Both the position numbers and the translations under genes were made by a program. A stretch of 64,000 nucleotides of DNA from Patescibacteria group bacterium UBA1406 (GTDB lineage: Bacteria > Patescibacteriota > Microgenomatia > UBA1406), in the NCBI GenBank assembly GCA_002305675.1, contig DBQA01000003.1:3278-67277 (forward strand), given 5' to 3'. Positions 1 through 8,533 of this stretch are shown here, one piece after another (positions within the stretch are counted from its first letter, which is position 1; every line of letters begins with the position of its first letter). The notes below the pieces were generated by a model. The model was not told the DNA's origin and searched no databases. It saw nothing but the letters and a program-made list of their open reading frames with translations.

Positions 1-137
1 TTGTGATAAGCCCAATCAACAAAATTCAGTACGGACGAGAGTTTTCTTTTAATGGTAGCATCAGAGTAGCCTTTAGAGCTTAATAATGCTCTATACTTGT
101 CAAAGGCCTTGGCGGTGACTCTGTTTTTCAGGCCCAT
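1..137 (-). CDS. tyrosine recombinase (XerC/D-type integrase) 5' fragment, N-terminal SAM-like core-binding region; gene continues beyond window start
   Basis: Minus-strand ATG at 135-137, open to nt 1 (not in the ORF track because it is open-ended). Translation MGLKNRVTAKAFDKYRALLSSKGYSDATIKRKLSSVLNFVDWAY shows the core-binding helix pattern of integrase N-termini. Confidence 0.35.
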   Translation of the reverse strand, partial: MGLKNRVTAKAFDKYRALLSSKGYSDATIKRKLSSVLNFVDWAYH

Positions 138-316
138 GGAAATTTACTTAATGACCAGCCATTTTCTTCTGAGTTTAAGGCTAAAGAAGGCTTCGAAACC
201 TTTATCTGACCTCGAGCCGAGCGGCTGGTAGGCACTGCCTTCACTGGACGGGTCGAGAAATTTCCAGGCATTGGATGCAAAACGGTAAGCTTTATATATT
301 AGACCTTTCATATGCT

Positions 317-823
317 CTAGATTGAATTTATAACGGTTAGGAACTCACCGATGTCGCCGAGATAGCCTTTTATTGTTCTTAGACTGTTGCCATGCTCCTT
401 TAAGTACTCCCCGTACTGTTTAAGGATCCGGTCGGCGTCCTCTGCCTCTTTCCGGTTCATGATCTTTGCCGCCCCGTTCTCTTCTATCCATCCTTGGTCC
501 AAGGCGAAGGCTGAGAATTGCCGTAGTGCTGCCAGGCGCCGGTTTATACCGGAAGTGTGGTCACCGCTAAGTGCCATATCATCCGCGTATTGCTGCAAAG
601 CCTTGTAACTTAATATCTTTTCAAGTGAGGAATTACTTTGCTGATGATCTTCTACCCACAACTGATAGTGCCGGAGATCGGAAAGGTAACTTTTCACAGT
701 ATTATCTCCATATTTGCTATTCCTTAAAAATGCAGCGTATGCGGCTTGATAATCGGCCCAATTATTGACATTCACCATAGTATTTACATTATTTATAAGG
801 GATAGGTATTTGTCAAGAGGCAT
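317..823 (-). CDS. stand-alone protein with two tandem integrase-type SAM-like core-binding domains, no catalytic domain
   Basis: 168-aa ORF. It has two copies of the core-binding pattern (GDNTVKSYLSDLRHYQLWV with INRRLAALRQFSAFAL, then SLRTIKGYLGDIGEFL). It stops at 317 without any R-H-R-Y catalytic region. Confidence 0.5.
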   Translation of the reverse strand: MPLDKYLSLINNVNTMVNVNNWADYQAAYAAFLRNSKYGDNTVKSYLSDLRHYQLWVEDHQQSNSSLEKILSYKALQQYADDMALSGDHTSGINRRLAALRQFSAFALDQGWIEENGAAKIMNRKEAEDADRILKQYGEYLKEHGNSLRTIKGYLGDIGEFLTVINSI

Positions 824-1016
824 TTGTGCCTAAATTGATATAGTTAGATACATTATCAAAAGACTGCAATAATAAGCCTATATAAGGATTTACACCACTT
901 TATACCATTTCCCGCAATTAAATTTAGCTTTTAGGAACAGCATCCAAATGTATCAAGACCTATAAGATAATTATGATAGTATTATGACCAAAAAGACTGA
1001 TCCGGCCAAAAAATAG

Positions 1017-1074
1017 AAAATTGTAAGAAAACTACGCTGAAAATGTGATTTTTGAGAGTAAAATTGTAAGAAAA
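1017..1074. repeat. 15-nt direct repeat AAAATTGTAAGAAAA x2 (1017-1031 and 1060-1074) in an AT-rich non-coding region
   Basis: Exact repeat read directly from the sequence, 43-nt period, inside the 505-nt gap 824-1328. Confidence 0.6.
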
Positions 1075-1156
1075 ATGTAAATTTACGTCAGTATATACAT
1101 ATTTATCTAGGATGCAAAGGATAGCAATGACAGGTCTTGTATGCTAGTATCAGTAC

Positions 1157-1196
1157 CCATTGGTTGGGGGCCAGTCTATGGCCAATCGGCTTTTTT
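1157..1196 (+). terminator. orphan hairpin followed by T6 (possible rho-independent terminator of an unannotated plus-strand transcript)
   Basis: GGCCA-gtcta-TGGCC core (1169-1183) with flanking CCATTGG/CCAATCGG pairing, followed by TTTTTT at 1191-1196. No plus-strand ORF lies upstream. Confidence 0.3.
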
Positions 1197-1328
1197 AGAT
1201 TAAAAAACGAGTCCGGACGTGAGAAAAATGGAATAATAAGCAAAAACTATAGGGCTAAAAATGCTATAGGACTGAAATAACAACATATTGCTTTATTGTC
1301 TTTAAATTCATATATTATAACTATATTT

Positions 1329-1745
1329 ATGAAAAGATCGAAAAACGTTTTTCTACTTTTGATAGTTCTCCTATTGTTGCTGTTCTTATTGAGCCTAAGT
1401 GCGAACATCAGGTTCATCTTATCCAGCCGGGCCAGCGGAAATGTGCAGGATTTCTCGGTGGACAACTCCTACATGTCCATCAGCCCTATCGAAGCCAGGG
1501 CCGATGGGGCGGAAAGGATAAGGCTGACGATCTTTATCCTGAATGACGAGGGGCTGGGAGTCCCGGCCAAGGACGTCAATATCAACAAAGCCCCGGAGGT
1601 GGTGGTGGACCAGGTCCAGATGAGGACAGATAATTACGGGCGGGCAATCTTCGATCTCATGAGCGCAAAGGTAGGCGAGTACATCATAGAAGCGATGGTC
1701 GAAAACACCAAGGTGGGCGAACCTATCAGGGTAAAATTCAACTGA
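1329..1745 (+). CDS. membrane-anchored/secreted protein with a bacterial Ig-like (Big_1/invasin-type) domain
   Basis: N-terminal hydrophobic anchor VFLLLIVLLLLLFLLSL, then the pattern ADGAERIRLTIFILNDEGLGVPAKDV...TDNYGRAIFDLMSAKVGEYIIEA. Start moved from TTG 1296 to ATG 1329, which lies 7 nt after TATAAC at 1316-1321. Confidence 0.5.
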   Translation: MKRSKNVFLLLIVLLLLLFLLSLSANIRFILSSRASGNVQDFSVDNSYMSISPIEARADGAERIRLTIFILNDEGLGVPAKDVNINKAPEVVVDQVQMRTDNYGRAIFDLMSAKVGEYIIEAMVENTKVGEPIRVKFN

Positions 1746-2865
1746 TCAGATAATCTATGGGGGTATAATTAAGCCTGAGCGCCACCTTCTCTTTTTGCAT
1801 CCCAAACCAGTTCAGTTTTCCCATCTTCTTCAGGACCAATAGAACTATCACTAAGAGTTGCAGGAAAAGGATAGTGTTCAGGTTGAATAGGGAGAACAGG
1901 AACTTGAGGACGATTCGGATAACCGCCAGCCAATAGGTAAGGATGTTCAGGGTCAGGGTGATGCTTTTGGGGGTGGCTTGTTCCAAAAACCTACTTTGGG
2001 CAAAGACTCTGATCTTGCCTGTGCTATCGCCGGTTAGCGAAGTGGTAAAGGTACCGTCTGCAGCAGCAGCCAGCGCCTGCTTCTGGTATTTGAGAGAAGT
2101 GGCCGCGAGCACCGTTCCAACAGGCTGAAGAGACAGGAACTGGGGCGTTTCGTGGTTGAAAGTGTTGACCGTGACGGATGTTCCGGGAATGGTCTTGCCG
2201 CTGATGACCGTAATCTCTCCCTTCTGGATATTGCCGTTTGACAGGCGGAGAGTGGGGGGCAGCAGGAAGGGCCCATACCTCTGGTCTTCCGGGTTCTGGG
2301 GGGCTTCTATGCATAAGGGTGGGGCCACCAATCCTTCGGTGTCTATCGATACCAGACAGAATTCCTTACTGATGGCCGGAGCGAAGAAGTTGATGAACTC
2401 AAAATATCCCTTATGGTCGGCGGTCCTTTCCTCAAGAAGTCCGATTCCTTCCAACCGGACATCGGCTTTGGCAGACGTGTACCCGAACAGGCTGTAACGT
2501 TTTACGACAATTTGAGGCGGGGTAGGAGTGGGTTGTATGCTCGGCTGGGGGGTAATCAGTTGTGTTGGAGCCGGTGTCAAAATACCGGTAATCAAGATGG
2601 GGGTAGGAGTAGGGGTTAGAGGGCCTACGCTTGGGACGGGGGTGGCAGTAGGCTGGGGGACAGGCGTGCTGGTTGGGCCGACATACCCACCGATCCAGGC
2701 GGAATTCGTCACTTCGGCCTCTTCAGCCAATACCGCTTCCCGGCTTTTCCTAAAAAGATAGGTCCGATAATCGGCCGTCCGGCTGAAAAAAGAAAACAGG
2801 CCAAAGGAAGACAGGATAAAAACAACATAGACATTAATCCGGAATACCGTACTGAAAATCCTCAT
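1738..2865 (-). CDS. hypothetical membrane protein: N-terminal TM, Pro/Thr-rich linker, beta-rich ectodomain, C-terminal hydrophobic region
   Basis: 375-aa ORF with PTSTPVPQPTATPVPSVGPLTPTPTP linker. It is the last gene of the minus-strand surface cassette. Confidence 0.5.
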   Translation of the reverse strand: MRIFSTVFRINVYVVFILSSFGLFSFFSRTADYRTYLFRKSREAVLAEEAEVTNSAWIGGYVGPTSTPVPQPTATPVPSVGPLTPTPTPILITGILTPAPTQLITPQPSIQPTPTPPQIVVKRYSLFGYTSAKADVRLEGIGLLEERTADHKGYFEFINFFAPAISKEFCLVSIDTEGLVAPPLCIEAPQNPEDQRYGPFLLPPTLRLSNGNIQKGEITVISGKTIPGTSVTVNTFNHETPQFLSLQPVGTVLAATSLKYQKQALAAAADGTFTTSLTGDSTGKIRVFAQSRFLEQATPKSITLTLNILTYWLAVIRIVLKFLFSLFNLNTILFLQLLVIVLLVLKKMGKLNWFGMQKEKVALRLNYTPIDYLIS

Positions 2866-2894
2866 CTACTGACATTGTATATGAAAAGGACGGA

Positions 2895-3893
2895 TTAGTC
2901 CTTCTTGTTTTTCAGCATCCGCTTCAGTTTCTCGATCTCATCCTCCTCCGCCTTCAGGCGGTTCTCGAGATCGCTGACGTGCTTCTTCGAATCGATGAAG
3001 AAGCGCCGGATAAGGAGCCAAAGTATCAGGACAGCGAGGATGATGATGGCGATCACTCTCCAGGGCAGAATCCAAACGTAGGCGCTTGTTTCCAGCACCT
3101 TACCGTTACCGTAAGAGCCCATCAGTGTAATCTTGTATTTGCCGAACAGCCATTTTTGGCCGAGCTCGTTCTCATAAACGAGAGAAGTGTCGGGAAATAT
3201 ATTCCGCTCTTTCAGGCTGACCTGATCAACCAGTCCTCCGAACATGTCGGTCAGCGCGAGGATGGCCTTGGGACGGATGTGGTAGTCTCCCCGGTTTAAG
3301 ATCTCGGTCTCGATCCTCACCGGCCCGTATTCGAAAAAGGCGGGGGCAAAGAAACGGGTTATAAGGGCGTTCTCCCTGATATCGCCGGCTATCCGGATAT
3401 AGGCGAGGGAAGCGATCCGAGCCGCCACACCGCTGCCTGCTCTTTCCGTGCCTGTGAATTCGGGGATATCGCCTCCCGGCTCAAAATAAATAGCCAGATA
3501 TCTGCCTCCCGGCGTGGCATAATCGGGTACAGTGATGGAGGCCTGAACATTGACCTTGTCGCCGGCGGCGATGGTGATCCGGTCGGAGGGGAGAGTTACC
3601 CAGGTCGAAGCCGAGTATTTGGGAGAGGCGTCCGTCAGATCGTCGATGATTACAGGGGAGCCTTCTTTGTCATTGACCAGAAAGTCGGCCGTTCTGAGGA
3701 TACCGGTCACGGGCGTCTCGCCGTTGTTATAGAACTTTACATTAATATAAGCCTTGTCGCCGGGTGAGAGCTCTATTTCTTGCCTTACCGGAGCGACCAT
3801 CAAGGGCAGGATATTTTGGGCAACAGCTTTCTTGACCACGAACACGCTCATAATCAGGGCAGCTAAAAGGCCTGTCTTGACAATTTTTCTCAT
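2895..3893 (-). CDS. DUF916/DUF3324-like (CscA-like) cell-surface protein with signal peptide and C-terminal TM anchor plus charged tail
   Basis: Signal peptide ending VKKAVAQ. Other strings: LSPGDKAYINVKFYNNGETPV, TPGGRYLAIYFEPGG, GKYKITLMGSYGNG, and TM IAIIILAVLILWLLIRR followed by a K/E-rich tail. Paralog of 9931-10908. Confidence 0.5.
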   Translation of the reverse strand: MRKIVKTGLLAALIMSVFVVKKAVAQNILPLMVAPVRQEIELSPGDKAYINVKFYNNGETPVTGILRTADFLVNDKEGSPVIIDDLTDASPKYSASTWVTLPSDRITIAAGDKVNVQASITVPDYATPGGRYLAIYFEPGGDIPEFTGTERAGSGVAARIASLAYIRIAGDIRENALITRFFAPAFFEYGPVRIETEILNRGDYHIRPKAILALTDMFGGLVDQVSLKERNIFPDTSLVYENELGQKWLFGKYKITLMGSYGNGKVLETSAYVWILPWRVIAIIILAVLILWLLIRRFFIDSKKHVSDLENRLKAEEDEIEKLKRMLKNKKD

Positions 3894-3895
3894 AT

Positions 3896-5383
3896 TTAGA
3901 AGGTTGGAACTGCTGTATATTTAACTTTGTTGTAGTAATAGCCTGCTGGCTGGGTGGCTGGGATGCTGATCCGGAAACAGACGTAAGCCTGGCTGTTCGC
4001 CACCGGACCAGCATTGGTCATTAGATGGGCATTGGCATCTGACCGGCTTTCCGCTCCCTGGATATCCGCGAACTGCTTGGCATTGAAGCTGGCGCCGCTC
4101 GTGTTATAGGCAAAAGTGGCATCCGTTCCTTCCAGGGAATAACCCAGGCCGTAATAAGTTCCGGGCGTGGTCCAGTCGCGGTATGTTGTGTGGGAACAAC
4201 CGGTACCGTCGCAGACCGTATCCCTGATGCAGGTGTTGGATCCGAATGTGTACTCCCCAACCGACGGGGCGGTCCCGGTACATTCGGCGCCGTCGCGGCC
4301 CATCTGGTCGTTCTCTTCGACATAGACCTTGTAGCCGCTGATGGCGTTGGTGGTGACCGTGAGCTGCTGTGCGGTGTTATGCGTTGCAGCCACATATGAT
4401 GAGGAAACGGTTCCCCAGGGAACGGCTGTAGCCGTAGTATCCGGACTGGAGGCGGTTCTCGTGACCCCGCAGACGGTTGAGCTGTCCGAGGTTACGCCAG
4501 CCACGATAAAGGTCAGTGATTCCTCGACCGAGGCCGACACCAAAACTCCTTCCACGACGGCGACCGAGACGTCCTGACTCTCTATCTGGACATTGCTGCT
4601 GTCGTGGGTGCTTATGGTAATGGTGTAGACATCGGCTGTGCCGGCGCTTGCGCCGGTGACTTTGGCCGGATTGACAAGCCCCTTGGTGCCGTCGCCTACG
4701 GTCATGGTGATGGTCCCGCCCGTACACTGCGTAGTGGTGACCTGCTGGTAGGAGTGGCCGTTGCCCGAGCCCGCGGTGACTGTCTCGGTGCCGCTCCAAG
4801 TACAACCGGTCCCGCCGCTCACCGACATGTTGGTGGCGTCCATCTGGTTTAGGTCAAATCCGTTCGTGGCTAGAGATGCGGTGGTATCCGGTGCCCCGTC
4901 ATTGCCGTTGGTAGGAGGGTCGGGAATGGTCACCTTGGCATAGCCGTTGACAGGAATGGAGCTGCCCAGGGTGAAGGTGACGGTCAGGGTACCCGACTGG
5001 GTGCTGTAGACAGGATCCCCGTTACTGGCGCCGACTGTTATCCCAGAGGTCAGAACGAAGGTGTCCGAATCCACAATGCTTGCCACCGTCTTGTTCCCGT
5101 TGGGGCCGACGGACACGGTGTCGTTGGGGAACAGGTGGTTTGTATTGTTGTCCGGGTTGCTGCTGGTCTGGATGTCTATGGTGTTGTCCGAAGCCGTGTG
5201 TGTTCCGTTGACTTTCGCATAGTAGGATGTGCGGGTATTGGAGAGGGTAGCTGATGCGCTGCTGATGGCCCGGTCTACCTTGTTCGGACTGACCAGGGTG
5301 AAAGCGAAAAAGGACTGGAAGACAATCATTGCGGCCAGTGTCTGGTACACCAATATATGCAGGGGGTTTTTCTTTTTAATCAT
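3896..5383 (-). CDS. secreted T/S/G/N-rich surface protein with a WxL-like C-terminal domain
   Basis: Signal/anchor LVYQTLAAMIVFQSFFAF. The C-terminal ~200 aa is paralogous to 9207-9929 (GYKVYVEEND, YGLGYSLEGTD, ending QPAGYYYNKVKYTAVPTF). Its stop lies 2 nt before the next gene's start. Confidence 0.5.
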   Translation of the reverse strand: MIKKKNPLHILVYQTLAAMIVFQSFFAFTLVSPNKVDRAISSASATLSNTRTSYYAKVNGTHTASDNTIDIQTSSNPDNNTNHLFPNDTVSVGPNGNKTVASIVDSDTFVLTSGITVGASNGDPVYSTQSGTLTVTFTLGSSIPVNGYAKVTIPDPPTNGNDGAPDTTASLATNGFDLNQMDATNMSVSGGTGCTWSGTETVTAGSGNGHSYQQVTTTQCTGGTITMTVGDGTKGLVNPAKVTGASAGTADVYTITISTHDSSNVQIESQDVSVAVVEGVLVSASVEESLTFIVAGVTSDSSTVCGVTRTASSPDTTATAVPWGTVSSSYVAATHNTAQQLTVTTNAISGYKVYVEENDQMGRDGAECTGTAPSVGEYTFGSNTCIRDTVCDGTGCSHTTYRDWTTPGTYYGLGYSLEGTDATFAYNTSGASFNAKQFADIQGAESRSDANAHLMTNAGPVANSQAYVCFRISIPATQPAGYYYNKVKYTAVPTF

Positions 5384-5492
5384 ATATAAATAAGGAATTT
5401 CTAGTGAAACTTAACGGACTAAGAATATTAGATAACTATTTGATTTTTTTGTCAAGCGAATAAGTAAACCGTTTCAGACTGAAAGAAAGGTA

Positions 5493-5521
5493 TTGACAAA
5501 AATTTTCACGAGTGTTACATT
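5493..5521 (+). promoter_or_regulatory. sigma70-type promoter (TTGACA, 17-nt spacer, TGtTACATT)
   Basis: TTGACA at 5493-5498, 17-nt spacer, extended -10 ending TACATT at 5516-5521, upstream of the PaaX-like gene. Confidence 0.5.
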
Positions 5522-5569
5522 TATGGGTAATTAGCCTAACAGGCTGTTTAAAAGTTAATAAATACTCCG

Positions 5570-6313
5570 ATGGTCGCATCCGTAAAAGAAAGACGTACCC
5601 GCATCCTGATTACGTTATTCCTGTTGGGAAAGGACAAAGCCCACCCCCTTTTCGACCCGAAGATCAAGCAGTCGTTTTCCATTCCCTCCGATTCGCCCCG
5701 CTCAAGGGGGACCATCAGGCAGATGCTACTTGACAAGGTGATCGAGAAAGAGGAGGAGGGAGTATACCGGATCACGGAAGAAGGTATCAAAGAACTGTCG
5801 CTATCCTTCCCTTTCGTCCGTTTCTCCGTCTTCGGCTGGGACGGCAAGTTCAGGATCATCTCCTACGAGATACCGGAAAAGAAACGCAAACTGCGTGACA
5901 GTCTGCGACGGGAGATCAGCGGCTGGGGCCTTGGTCCATGGCACCGGTCCTTCTGGGTGACACCACATCCCATTGTCAACGACCTCGAGCTTCTGGTCAA
6001 AGATACCAACTGGGAGCCTTTCATCCAGGCCTTCGAAGGATCCCACCTGGTAGGGGAGGAAAAGGTTCTGGTGGACAAGGTCTGGGCGGTCAGCAAACTG
6101 GAAGATGTGTACAAGGGCATATTCAAGAAATGGCATGAAACCCTGTCCAACGACGGCTGGTCCAAGGAAAGGAAAATGAAGGAAGTGGTCGATTCGTATC
6201 TGGATGTGCTGAAAGCGGATCCCGGGCTGCCCAAGGAGCTTTTACAGGGGGGCAAATGGATCGGTCATGAGGCCTGGGAGATCTTCCAGGAAATGCGGAA
6301 CATTCTCATCTAA
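5570..6313 (+). CDS. PaaX-family transcriptional regulator (wHTH + PaaX_C-like)
   Basis: WDGKFRIISYEIPEKKRKLRDSLRREISGWGLGPWHRSFWVTPHP matches the PaaX core pattern. N-terminal wHTH-like GTIRQMLLDKVIEKEEEGVYRITEEG. Confidence 0.6.
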   Translation: MVASVKERRTRILITLFLLGKDKAHPLFDPKIKQSFSIPSDSPRSRGTIRQMLLDKVIEKEEEGVYRITEEGIKELSLSFPFVRFSVFGWDGKFRIISYEIPEKKRKLRDSLRREISGWGLGPWHRSFWVTPHPIVNDLELLVKDTNWEPFIQAFEGSHLVGEEKVLVDKVWAVSKLEDVYKGIFKKWHETLSNDGWSKERKMKEVVDSYLDVLKADPGLPKELLQGGKWIGHEAWEIFQEMRNILI

Positions 6314-7083
6314 AGAGGGATTCTGACATCTCCATCCACGTCCGTCCTCTTTATACGTACGCCGTGGCTTTGCAAGAGTTCTATGGTCTCCCGATGAGGA
6401 TGTCCGTACCAGTTGTCCCTGCCGGCGCTTATCACTCCAACCCTCGGATCTGCCAAGTCCAGGAGTCTTTGGGAAATGCCGTATTTCGAGCCATGATGGC
6501 ACACCTTAAAAATGGCTGTTGTAAAATTGGACTTTTCCAAAGCTCTTTCCGCATATATCGCATCAAGATCGGACAGGAGCAAAATCCGCTCGGAAGATAC
6601 TACAGCCACAAGGCCCAATGCCTGGTTGTTGAGATCTTTTTCCGGCAGGACGATGTCCGGCGGCGGCCAAAGGATATGGAATTCGGACGTCCCGATCTTT
6701 AACAGATCCCCCTGCATAAGGGTTTCAAAAGGGGCCTTACCTTCTATGGACTGACCCCGGGGCAAAAAGATCCGGCCTACCATAAAGCTCGCCAGCACAT
6801 TTTCCAGTCCGCCTGTATGGTCCTTTTCCACGTGGGTGATGAAGAGAAGCTCTATCTCCCGGTCGAAGTAGGGCATCTCCCGATTCAGGCAGTTGAGTAC
6901 TTTGGCCGACGGGCCGGTATCGATGAGAACATCCTTCTGTTCTGGCAACCGGATGTAGACGGCATCGCCCTGACCGACATTGCAGAAGACCACCCTGGGC
7001 TGCCGGCGGGAACTATTGGCAATCAAAAGGCAGCCGGATACAAGAATGCCCAACAAAGTAACGATCTTAAATGTCCTGCCCAT
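6310..7083 (-). CDS. comEC: ComEC/Rec2 C-terminal metallo-beta-lactamase domain, encoded as a separate ORF
   Basis: NVGQGDAVYI, ITHVEKDHTGG, VCHHGSKYG and WYGHPH motifs. Its start overlaps the upstream ORF's stop (TGATG at 7081-7085). Confidence 0.85.
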   Translation of the reverse strand: MGRTFKIVTLLGILVSGCLLIANSSRRQPRVVFCNVGQGDAVYIRLPEQKDVLIDTGPSAKVLNCLNREMPYFDREIELLFITHVEKDHTGGLENVLASFMVGRIFLPRGQSIEGKAPFETLMQGDLLKIGTSEFHILWPPPDIVLPEKDLNNQALGLVAVVSSERILLLSDLDAIYAERALEKSNFTTAIFKVCHHGSKYGISQRLLDLADPRVGVISAGRDNWYGHPHRETIELLQSHGVRIKRTDVDGDVRIPL

Positions 7084-7862
7084 CAGATCCCGATCATCAG
7101 TAAACTGCCCAGGCTGTGACCAAGCTCAACCAGAAACAGCAACAGCTTGAGGATCCCGAAAAGGATGAAACTTAAGGGAATGGTGAGGAAGGGGCACAGG
7201 TGATAGGCCAAACTAAGAAGAACGCCGAAAAACATGATCGGCTCGACCAGAACGGTGACCAGGACGTTCATAGGCAAAGCCAGCAGGGGGAATTCCCTGA
7301 AGGTAAGTAAAAGAAGAGGGGTGGTGAAGACCTGGGCTGAAACCGACAAGGCCAGGGCCTCTATCTTTAATTTTTTTAATAGGGGACGGTAAAGGGTATA
7401 TATACCGAAGGTGGCTGCCATGGAGAGCCAGAAGGAAAGACTGCCTATCCACTCGCTTCTGAATACCAGCATAACTAAGGCGGTCAAGAAGAAGATATAA
7501 AGTGGGGGGGTGGCCCGTTCCTTGAGAATGACCAGTCCGTTCAAGACCGCCATCAGGGAGGCGCGGACGATAGGCGGCTCCGAGGAAAAGACGGCCAGGT
7601 AGAACAGGGCCACGGCCATGGTCAGACCGATTTTGAGCCGGTAACCCAGCCACTTGTCCAGATTTTGGAAAAATCCCACCAGGAGAGTGATATTCTGCCC
7701 GGACAGCACCAGAAGATGCAAGAGGCCGGTGGACCGGAAGGCACCGAATTGATCGGCATCCAGGAGCTGTCTTTGCCCCCACACCATGCCTGCGGCCACT
7801 GCCGCCATGTCGGCCGGGAGATACCTGAAAAAAGGCTCGCTCAATTTTTCCGGCAACTCCAT
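7083..7862 (-). CDS. comEC: ComEC/Rec2 polytopic membrane 'competence' channel domain, encoded as a separate ORF
   Basis: 259-aa multi-TM protein (GLLHLLVLSGQNITLLVGF pattern), lying between comEA and the MBL-domain ORF. Confidence 0.8.
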   Translation of the reverse strand: MELPEKLSEPFFRYLPADMAAVAAGMVWGQRQLLDADQFGAFRSTGLLHLLVLSGQNITLLVGFFQNLDKWLGYRLKIGLTMAVALFYLAVFSSEPPIVRASLMAVLNGLVILKERATPPLYIFFLTALVMLVFRSEWIGSLSFWLSMAATFGIYTLYRPLLKKLKIEALALSVSAQVFTTPLLLLTFREFPLLALPMNVLVTVLVEPIMFFGVLLSLAYHLCPFLTIPLSFILFGILKLLLFLVELGHSLGSLLMIGI

Positions 7863-7865
7863 GCT

Positions 7866-8444
7866 CTACAGAGTTATCAAATCCCTAATCTTCTCGAACG
7901 TTTTTTCGCCGACGGCCTTCTTTGTCAGGACATCTTCTATGGCCGAATAAGGGCGCCGGTCGATGACCTTCTGGGCGGTCTTGGGGCCGATGCCCGGCAG
8001 AAGTTCGAGCTCGGATAGGCTGGCGGAGTTGAGGCTGATCAGATTTACCCTGATCCCCTCCGGAATGGCCATGGTTCGTTCCTCAAGATAGGGGATATAC
8101 ACTTTTTCCTCGTCCGCCAACTTTTTTGCCAGATTGAAGCTTCTGGCGACCAGATACCTGTCACTGTCCGCCGACAGGCCGCCGGCCGCCTTGAGGGCGT
8201 CCACCAGGCGGCTGTCTTTTTTCAGGCCGTATACGCCCGGTTTCTCGACCGCCCCGGCAATGTCGACCAGGATGCGGTTTGAGACCGAACCGGCATTCCT
8301 GACTAGCTCTATCCCGGGATCAGCAGCCTGCCCGAAAGCCCGGCTCAAACTGTCGATCCTCATGACCTGCCAGACGGTCAAGAGGGTAGTGGCGGCTATC
8401 AGTGAGATGACTATCAGGAGCGGTTTAGGGATCAGGTCGGCCAT
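7866..8444 (-). CDS. comEA: ComEA DNA receptor (SLBB + helix-hairpin-helix)
   Basis: N-terminal TM, GAVEKPGVYGLKKDSRLVDALKAAGG (SLBB), LNSASLSELELLPGIGPKTAQKVIDRRPY (HhH). Confidence 0.9.
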   Translation of the reverse strand: MADLIPKPLLIVISLIAATTLLTVWQVMRIDSLSRAFGQAADPGIELVRNAGSVSNRILVDIAGAVEKPGVYGLKKDSRLVDALKAAGGLSADSDRYLVARSFNLAKKLADEEKVYIPYLEERTMAIPEGIRVNLISLNSASLSELELLPGIGPKTAQKVIDRRPYSAIEDVLTKKAVGEKTFEKIRDLITL

Positions 8445-8533
8445 GATTAAATGATGCCGGAGATGGAGGTATCCTTACAACCGTTTATAGGCAACAATGC
8501 GGAGACTTTGGGTTTTTTGTGTATAATGATTTT

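Noticed and set aside
4021-4943. Cluster of 60-142-aa ORFs in several frames inside the 495-aa surface-protein gene
   Set aside because: These are by-products of the biased T/S/G/N-rich, GC-rich coding sequence. The long frame has a signal peptide and a conserved paralogous C-terminal domain.
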